A DNA stretch of 64,000 nt, taken from sequence record NC_023610.1; one strand, given 5' to 3'. The translations under genes were made by a program, and so were the position numbers. Below are positions 57,682 to 64,000 of this stretch, one piece after another. The notes under the pieces were generated by a model that was not told the origin of the DNA, ran no database searches, and saw only the letters and a program-made list of their open reading frames with translations. Each line of letters begins with the position of its first letter. Positions within the stretch are counted from its first letter, which is position 1.

Positions 57682-59439
57682 ATGACCGAAGTAGCGAAAC
57701 CTAAATTATTAGGGCGTGAGTTTAAGCACGCCACGAAGGTGAATTCCAAATTCAATGACCACGATGAGGCCATCTTCGTAAAAGAAATCGAACACTGGGA
57801 CAACGGTGTGCGTATCCCGAAAATTCGAATGATTAAAAACTTCGAGCGCACCTTCTACGTCACCCGTGATAAGTTCCGGACCCACAAAGAGAAACGGAGT
57901 TGGGAAGACAAAGACAAGCTGCGCGAATACCGCTGTACCGAACGCGAGATGCCACTGGCCATCGTTAAAGCGTTAGGGTACGGCAGACCTTCCAGTATTA
58001 AGCAATTGAACCGCAGTCCCTATCTGTACGGTACGGACATCAACTCCACCACCATTATCAAACGGGAATATGACCGTAAGTGGGGCGAGTACAAATCGGA
58101 CTATCTGACCGCGCACCTCGATATCGAACGTGACGTGACCTTCGGTACCGAAGCGATTCAGATGATTTCCATCTCGTGTGGCAACGAAGTGTTCCAGGTT
58201 ATTACTGAACACTACATGGCGGGTGACACTGAATTCCTGGACAAGGTACGCAAGTGTTACGATGCTGAAATCCCACCTATCTTCGAAGAACTGGCCGCTG
58301 CCCGTGACGAAGACGGGAAACCGAAGTTCTTTAAAGGGAAAGTCCACGAACCGTTCAACATTATCCTGAAGACGGCGAAGACAGAAGCGGAAGCGGTTAT
58401 CCTGGCGTTCGACTATCTGCACGAGAAGAAACCGGATATCTTGTCCATCTGGAACTTACCGTACGACTTAGAGAAGATGTGCATTGCGCTTAAGCGTGAG
58501 AACATCGAACCTGAGGATGTGTTCTGTGACCCGAAGATTCCAAAAGAATACCGTTACTTCCGTTTCCAGGAAGGGTCCGCACGTATCCTCGATGCGAACG
58601 GCGAAGGGGCTAACAAAGAACCGCAAGACCGTTGGCACCGTGTAAACTGTCCGTCCCACTTCTTCTGGGCAGACCAGATGTGTGTCCGCCGTGCTATCCG
58701 TAAGCACTTGCCGAAAGAAGGTGGTTACGGGTTGGGTGCCGTGCTGATGCGTGTGTTCGGTTTCGGTAAGCTCAAAGGTGACGCCGGTAAGAACCGTTCA
58801 ACCGGTATCGACTGGCACCGTCAAATGCAACGTAACGAAAAGGTCTTCTACTGCGTCTACAACATGTTCGATAACATCGGTGCACAGTTGTTGGATGAGT
58901 ATACCCTGGACTTACGTAACACCTTCCCCGCGCAGTGCGGTTGGTCAGACATGTCCAACTACGGCTCGCAGGGTAAGAAGTTGTATGACGACCAGTACTT
59001 CAAACTGCTGGAAAGAGAAAACACCGTTATCTGCGGTATCTCTGACCAGATGCAGAATGAAATGGACGACTTGCTGGTTACACTTGAAGGTTGGATTTGT
59101 ACCCTGTCTTCTCACCTCATTGACCGCGGGATGGGTAACAAGGTCATCAAGGAATTCCCGGATATCCTGACCAAGGTTATTAAATGGGTGCTGGACATTG
59201 ACGTGAAGTCTTCCTACCCGTCCACCGGTGTGTGGATGAACCTGGAACAGCAGACTATCATCCGTCAGATGTGCAAAATCCTGGGGATTACGATGGAAGA
59301 GCAACGTCGCCTTGGTATTAACTTACCGGCAGGGGCTGTAAACGCCGTAAACATTATGACAACTATCTGCAACGCGCCGAGCCAGGAAACCATGCTGCAT
59401 CGCTTTGCTAAAGCTCGGGGTATCACACTGGAATACTAA
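57682..59439 (+). CDS. family-B DNA polymerase, exonuclease/N-terminal half of a split enzyme
   Basis: ExoI DIERD, ExoII WNLPYD, ExoIII YNMFD and palm motif A DIDVKSSYPS; no YGDTDS motif C in this ORF. Confidence 0.85.
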   Translation: MTEVAKPKLLGREFKHATKVNSKFNDHDEAIFVKEIEHWDNGVRIPKIRMIKNFERTFYVTRDKFRTHKEKRSWEDKDKLREYRCTEREMPLAIVKALGYGRPSSIKQLNRSPYLYGTDINSTTIIKREYDRKWGEYKSDYLTAHLDIERDVTFGTEAIQMISISCGNEVFQVITEHYMAGDTEFLDKVRKCYDAEIPPIFEELAAARDEDGKPKFFKGKVHEPFNIILKTAKTEAEAVILAFDYLHEKKPDILSIWNLPYDLEKMCIALKRENIEPEDVFCDPKIPKEYRYFRFQEGSARILDANGEGANKEPQDRWHRVNCPSHFFWADQMCVRRAIRKHLPKEGGYGLGAVLMRVFGFGKLKGDAGKNRSTGIDWHRQMQRNEKVFYCVYNMFDNIGAQLLDEYTLDLRNTFPAQCGWSDMSNYGSQGKKLYDDQYFKLLERENTVICGISDQMQNEMDDLLVTLEGWICTLSSHLIDRGMGNKVIKEFPDILTKVIKWVLDIDVKSSYPSTGVWMNLEQQTIIRQMCKILGITMEEQRRLGINLPAGAVNAVNIMTTICNAPSQETMLHRFAKARGITLEY

Positions 59440-59445
59440 GGAGTC

Positions 59446-59973
59446 GTGATGGGGTCGTTAATCCAACGCGCTTTACAGCAGAGTAACGGGGACGTGGTGA
59501 TTCAGACCATTCGTGAACGCTCGGACCCGGTACTGCGCCACTACCTCCAACCCATTATGAAACTGTACCAACAGCTGGACTACGAGATGTCAGCGTTCCA
59601 CGAGCAGGCCTTTGGCGTGTCCGGTGAAAGCTACCAGTTCAGTGAAGGAGAGCTCTTCGATGAGTTAGACCAGGGGAACATTCTGCTGGTCATTCATGAT
59701 TTGTCGGGTGCTCTTGGGTTGGCACAGGTGAAGGTGGAAGAGGAAGGGACACGGACGAAAGAGTTGGTCATCCGTTACCTGGTGGTTGGTGAAGAGCAAC
59801 GCGGGAAAGGTTACGGTACTCACCTGTTAAACAAGGTGATGGCCATTGCCGAAGAAGAAAAGGTAGACCACATCACACTCGGGGTCTACGTGCAGAACGA
59901 AGGAGCCATGCGTTTGTACAGCAAATTCGGGATGCGTCCGTACTACCAGGCGTTGGTACGCAAAAATAAATAA
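59446..59973 (+). CDS. GNAT-family acetyltransferase
   Basis: LVVGEEQRGKGYGTHLL acetyl-CoA motif; N..A.RLYSKFG. Confidence 0.9.
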   Translation: MMGSLIQRALQQSNGDVVIQTIRERSDPVLRHYLQPIMKLYQQLDYEMSAFHEQAFGVSGESYQFSEGELFDELDQGNILLVIHDLSGALGLAQVKVEEEGTRTKELVIRYLVVGEEQRGKGYGTHLLNKVMAIAEEEKVDHITLGVYVQNEGAMRLYSKFGMRPYYQALVRKNK

Positions 59974-59979
59974 CAGGTA

Positions 59980-60015
59980 CCCTGCTTCCCTTTTGGGGAA
60001 GCAGGGCCTGTATGC
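59980..60015. terminator. bidirectional hairpin followed by (G)TATGC
   Basis: ccctgcttccc-ttttg-gggaagcaggg between convergent genes. Confidence 0.8.
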
Positions 60016-60017
60016 AC

Positions 60018-60680
60018 TTACTCGCTGATGCGGGTAATGTAACCAATCAGACGCTCACGGGCCGCAGTGGTGCGGCAGACGCTGGCAGACTGTTGCAGGT
60101 TGTAGTACTGCAATGCGTTCTTGCGCCCTTTCGGGTCAGCGAAGGTCAGCACGCAGTCGATGGCGAAACGAATCGCATTGATACGTTTGTCGGACAGGTT
60201 CAGGTGAGAGAAACCACGGAAGATGGCCTCGGCACCAAACACGCGATTCGGGTTCTCACGGACCAGACCCATCAGACGACCCATTACCACCACGAAGTCT
60301 TCGTCGCTTTCCAGGTTAAAGGTGGTGAGCACCAGATTAACCAGGGATTCTTGCAACGATTTCAGTGAGCTCACGGTTTGGCGGTTCGCAGGGTTGGCGT
60401 CTTTGACGTACTTATCCCACTGAAGAACCAGAGACTTCGCCAGACCAGAGACTTCGTCGTACTGGGTGAACGCAGAGTTTGCATCGGCAACCGGACGCTG
60501 AGTTTCAACCGCTGCGCCAACAGACGCCTCTGTGGTTTCAACCGCCACTTCGGCTGCTACCTGAGTGTCATGGACGGTTTGTTCGCCGTCTTGCTGCTGT
60601 TGGGTTTCCGCCACCTGGTTAGACAGGTCGCTGGAGGTGCGCAGGAGGTCCTGCACCTTATCGGCATTGTTCTTTGACAT
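60018..60680 (-). CDS. hypothetical/virion protein
   Basis: Likely start MSKNNAD (SD AAGGA); low-complexity N-terminus with ATE/AVE sites. Confidence 0.7.
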   Translation of the reverse strand: MSKNNADKVQDLLRTSSDLSNQVAETQQQQDGEQTVHDTQVAAEVAVETTEASVGAAVETQRPVADANSAFTQYDEVSGLAKSLVLQWDKYVKDANPANRQTVSSLKSLQESLVNLVLTTFNLESDEDFVVVMGRLMGLVRENPNRVFGAEAIFRGFSHLNLSDKRINAIRFAIDCVLTFADPKGRKNALQYYNLQQSASVCRTTAARERLIGYITRISE

Positions 60681-60729
60681 GGAAACTATCCTTTCAAATG
60701 AATGGGAGTGGTACATAACAAGGTTGGGG

Positions 60730-62130
60730 TCAGCGCATGGCTTTCCAGTCCATCTTCTCGACCTTCAGTGCCACACCGTGCATACGTGACATCATGATGT
60801 ACATCAGACGGTTACCGATTTCCGTGGCGACCGCAGGGAGAGATTGTTCACGGTTACGGAAGTTCTCGCCCATGCAGTGGATGCAGAAGTTACCTTCAGT
60901 CGCTGCGCAGTACATTGGGCTACGCAACAACACACGTTTACCAATGAACTCTTTCTCGTTGTCCACGGTAATGAGTACGTCTTTCGACGGACCCTGAGCG
61001 TACGTGCCGTGATACGACTGGATGTTGTCGTTGTCCAGCGTACGGAAGCGTCCCAGTTTGGTCTTACAGTCTTCCATGGAGATAACGGTTGACATGAAGA
61101 AGCGCTGGAACACTTTTGCCAGTTCACCACCGAGGGCGGTCATGGCACCACGGTTGTACGAGCCGTCAATCAGGCTGTTAGCCATCTGTGGGAGTTTAGT
61201 GATATCCCACTGCTCAGAAAGCGAGCGTTCAATGACGGTGATTTTAGAGCGGTCTGTGAAGTCGTACTCGATACCGTGCATCAGGAACTGCTTGGCACGC
61301 ACGACGTCAAAGGTCTTACCTGGTTGCAAGAACCCTTTGTCGGGGTCGTTCGCCTGGAACTCTTTGTCCGCGTCAATCAACGTCTTCATGATTTTCGCAA
61401 TGGTCGCCGGGTTTTGTAAGTCGTCGATGTATTTCTCGAGCAACTCTTTACGCAGCTTACGAATCTCAGGGGACACGGTGATGGTGAACGGGGTTGCTGC
61501 CGGAACGCCTAATGGGAGCCAGCCCGTGGTGGAATATGCCGCATGGTAATAGCGCTCATCCAGTTCGTCCACGTAAATGGCTTTCGGGTCACGCGGCTTC
61601 CCTTCTTCCGGTAAGGATTGGGTCAGCTCCGCGATAATCATCTCAACCTTTTTCAGGCTGAACTTCCCTTCCTGATACGGGATACGGTCACCGAACGAAT
61701 ACACCAGGACCACCATGTTCAGCAAGAGGTTACCGTAACAGGTGTGTTTTATCGGTTCCAGAACGTTCGGGATGGCACGCTTCGGTAAGAAGATGTGTTC
61801 CAGGAAGCGGAAGAAACTCTCACGCTTCTGCATCCGTGGTGTAAGCTCTTCCAGCTCTACCCAGACGTTCTCTTCCGGGTCTGCGTACACAACCTTCCCG
61901 TTATCGTTAAAGAGCTGGTACGGGTACTTCTCGAACGCATAGCGGTCGGGTTCATCGGTGAAGCGGTAAGGGAGCATCTCCTTCTCTTCCACCGGTAAGG
62001 CACTGTAACGAACCAGCTCCCCTTCCGGCTTCGGTAGCAGACGCACAATCCCGAAACACTCAATAATCCATTCCTTGTAAAGGTACGCACCCCCGTTAAG
62101 GGCGCGCAGGAAGTATTCCAACTTATTCAT
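60730..62130 (-). CDS. rpoC: RNA polymerase beta' subunit, C-terminal part (virion RNAP, phiKZ gp80-like)
   Basis: Bridge-helix-like GAMTALGGELAKVFQR, then DCKT and the Zn site LRSPMYC...FCIHCMG (compare RpoC RSxxTC...CxxCYG). Confidence 0.8.
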   Translation of the reverse strand: MNKLEYFLRALNGGAYLYKEWIIECFGIVRLLPKPEGELVRYSALPVEEKEMLPYRFTDEPDRYAFEKYPYQLFNDNGKVVYADPEENVWVELEELTPRMQKRESFFRFLEHIFLPKRAIPNVLEPIKHTCYGNLLLNMVVLVYSFGDRIPYQEGKFSLKKVEMIIAELTQSLPEEGKPRDPKAIYVDELDERYYHAAYSTTGWLPLGVPAATPFTITVSPEIRKLRKELLEKYIDDLQNPATIAKIMKTLIDADKEFQANDPDKGFLQPGKTFDVVRAKQFLMHGIEYDFTDRSKITVIERSLSEQWDITKLPQMANSLIDGSYNRGAMTALGGELAKVFQRFFMSTVISMEDCKTKLGRFRTLDNDNIQSYHGTYAQGPSKDVLITVDNEKEFIGKRVLLRSPMYCAATEGNFCIHCMGENFRNREQSLPAVATEIGNRLMYIMMSRMHGVALKVEKMDWKAMR

Positions 62131-62965
62131 GGTTATCCCCTACTTCCGGTAAGGCCCGCAGCGCACGACCTACCTGAATGGCTTTGTTCGGGTCACCAAA
62201 GATAACGTTCAGGGTTTCCCCGGCTTTGGTCTCAAACGCTTCCCCGGTCAGGTTGGCAAATAACCCGATGGTCTTCAACATCTTGGCGGCTTTCTGCGCA
62301 TCCAGGGTGGTGATTTCACGGTAGAAGTAATCGACGTAATGGTCAAACGTCAACCCCAGTTGTCCGCCGTGCTGGAAGTACCGGACCATCCCGGTGGTTT
62401 CGTACAGTGCCATACCGGCTTTCACACGGGCACGGTGTGCCGGGTCATCGGTACTGTCTTCTTCCATCAGGTAGTCTCGTCGGTCGGCGACAAGTTCTCG
62501 GATTCGCTTAATGAGTGACGTGGAGACTTCCTGCACCAGTTCACAAAAGCTCTCTGTGGCAACGTCGGATGAGATGGAGTTGACGATTTCGCCCATAGCG
62601 AGCTTAGGTCCCATGGCATCGTTAAGAATGGTGCGAAACTCTTCCAGGTTATCGTGATGCTCGAGTTTGTACAATGCATCGCAGATGGCATACAGCAGTG
62701 GTAAGGCTCCGTAGTATTCAAAGTCATCATTCAGGTACACTCCGAACTCTTCGATACGTTCACACAGGTTGTTAACCAACCAGCTGTAGAACCCGTTCAC
62801 GTTGTCCGCGGTAGTATTATTTTCTACCGTTGACGCTAATGTATTGAGTAACATATCCGTGGTAACGGGGTCAATCTCACGAATCAACTTAGCGGCGTCT
62901 TTATATAGGGTCGCCTGTTCCGGACCGAGTGCCCGGAAAATATAATCGAGATAGTCGTCAATCAT
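62123..62965 (-). CDS. conserved virion-associated hypothetical protein
   Basis: 280 aa, SD GGGAG; its end overlaps the RNAP gene start. Confidence 0.75.
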   Translation of the reverse strand: MIDDYLDYIFRALGPEQATLYKDAAKLIREIDPVTTDMLLNTLASTVENNTTADNVNGFYSWLVNNLCERIEEFGVYLNDDFEYYGALPLLYAICDALYKLEHHDNLEEFRTILNDAMGPKLAMGEIVNSISSDVATESFCELVQEVSTSLIKRIRELVADRRDYLMEEDSTDDPAHRARVKAGMALYETTGMVRYFQHGGQLGLTFDHYVDYFYREITTLDAQKAAKMLKTIGLFANLTGEAFETKAGETLNVIFGDPNKAIQVGRALRALPEVGDNHE

Positions 62966-62996
62966 TGGTATCTCCCGCTTGGCGGTTATTTTTTCA

Positions 62997-63000
62997 CATA
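62997..63000 (-). promoter_or_regulatory. putative late promoter (TATG)
   Basis: TATGTGAAAAAAT, nearly identical to the element at 423. Confidence 0.45.
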
Positions 63001-63062
63001 TATCAGACTTAAGATGTTAAATTCTACGTCACCCATCCACTTATCCAAAAAGGAAGTGCGCC

Positions 63063-63593
63063 ATGCCTGTTTCAAAGAACAACCGTAAAACCAAAAAGGT
63101 CAAAAAACAAAAAGGTTACCGTCCGGTTCGTACACTTCCGGGGTACAAGCTGGTTAAAGAAACCTGCCAGAAGATTGATGACATCTTGTTCGAGACTGCA
63201 AAGCTCGCCAAGATTGTGGGTGTGATGGAAGACCAGTTCTCTCCGGAACACAAGATTGAATCGCAAGCGCACCTGCGGGCGATTATTGAAGTGCTGGCCC
63301 CGGGTAAAGCCATTGACGCACAGGGTGTGGAAGTGGAATACGCCGCCTTCCCACTGCGTGTCTCTGCGCTGGAAAAAGAAGCGGACAAGGTTGCTGCGCG
63401 TGCACACGCAGACGACCTGGAGTTCGTCCCGATTCTGAACATGGCAGAAAATTACCTGTCCACTCTGATTACGGGTACTGGTGAAGCCATTTCCCAACTG
63501 GCCATTCTCGTTGACACTTACGCACCACGTGAAGACGGCGTGAGCGAAGTGCTGGAAAAGCAAAAGGAAGAAACTGATGTCCAACCTGCCTGA
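63063..63593 (+). CDS. hypothetical protein with basic N-terminus
   Basis: 176 aa; begins MPVSKNNRKTKKVKKQK; SD AAGGA. Confidence 0.8.
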   Translation: MPVSKNNRKTKKVKKQKGYRPVRTLPGYKLVKETCQKIDDILFETAKLAKIVGVMEDQFSPEHKIESQAHLRAIIEVLAPGKAIDAQGVEVEYAAFPLRVSALEKEADKVAARAHADDLEFVPILNMAENYLSTLITGTGEAISQLAILVDTYAPREDGVSEVLEKQKEETDVQPA

Positions 63594-64000
63594 AGATACC
63601 CCGCCACTCCCGGCGGGTCTGCGTCCGTTACCCGATACCGCATTTCAAGACGATGATGCGGTTGTCGAAGTCGTCAGTCAGCAGCCGGAGATTGCCCCGG
63701 TGGTTGCCGAACCTGCTCCCCAGCAAGTTGAACCTGCTGCTGATATTCAACCCGTTCCTGGGGCGACGGCGGAAGCAGCGGTAACTGCCACTGACCTACC
63801 GAACGACAGCACCGAGGCTGACGATGACGCCCCGGTAGAACAGGCCCAGGAAGTGAGCGAAGTAGGGTTCTTCTTTGATGACGACAAAGTGGAAGGGAAA
63901 GTTGACCTTTCTCGTTCGCCATTAAAGGATGCGTCGAATAAGGCCAACTTCTCGGCGAACTTGTCTCTGCTGCGCACCACCCTGGAGGATTACTACCTCC
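63577..64000 (+). CDS. hypothetical protein, acidic Pro-rich N-terminus (runs off right edge; not in ORF track)
   Basis: MSNLPEDTPPLPAGLRPLPDTAFQDDDAVVEVV... open to the window end; AAGGA upstream; overlaps the previous gene's end. Confidence 0.75.
   Translation, partial: MSNLPEDTPPLPAGLRPLPDTAFQDDDAVVEVVSQQPEIAPVVAEPAPQQVEPAADIQPVPGATAEAAVTATDLPNDSTEADDDAPVEQAQEVSEVGFFFDDDKVEGKVDLSRSPLKDASNKANFSANLSLLRTTLEDYYL

Overview
A 64-kb segment of a phiKZ/SPN3US-like nucleus-forming jumbo myophage genome (Chimalliviridae-type), probably infecting a Gram-negative host because it encodes spanins. It is almost entirely coding. From left to right: a partial SbcC/Rad50 ATPase; a baseplate spike; tail-fibre genes with NPHxxTKAQVGLG repeats; embedded i-/o-spanins; a four-gene adhesin-like cassette; a membrane protein, thymidylate kinase, RuvC and an RyR-domain protein; baseplate/virion genes; portal; a non-virion RNAP beta subunit; major capsid protein (MCP); DnaB; tail and inner-head proteins; a Zn-peptidase-like protein; one half of a split family-B DNA polymerase; a GNAT; and a virion RNAP beta' subunit. 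I saw no tRNA, CRISPR array, intron, intein or IS element. Best novel lead: the MCP UGA stop is followed in frame by 18 codons (TPLSQAIVNPQLNGFTKP*) matching a motif that recurs in three other virion proteins in this window, which suggests programmed stop readthrough to an extended capsid subunit. Second lead: eight hairpins carry an adjacent TTTATGC(T/C)GC-type motif containing the phiKZ late-promoter TATG. Third lead: four tandem genes share a 10-aa N-terminal tag. phiKZ gene numbers are recalled positional equivalents, not search results.
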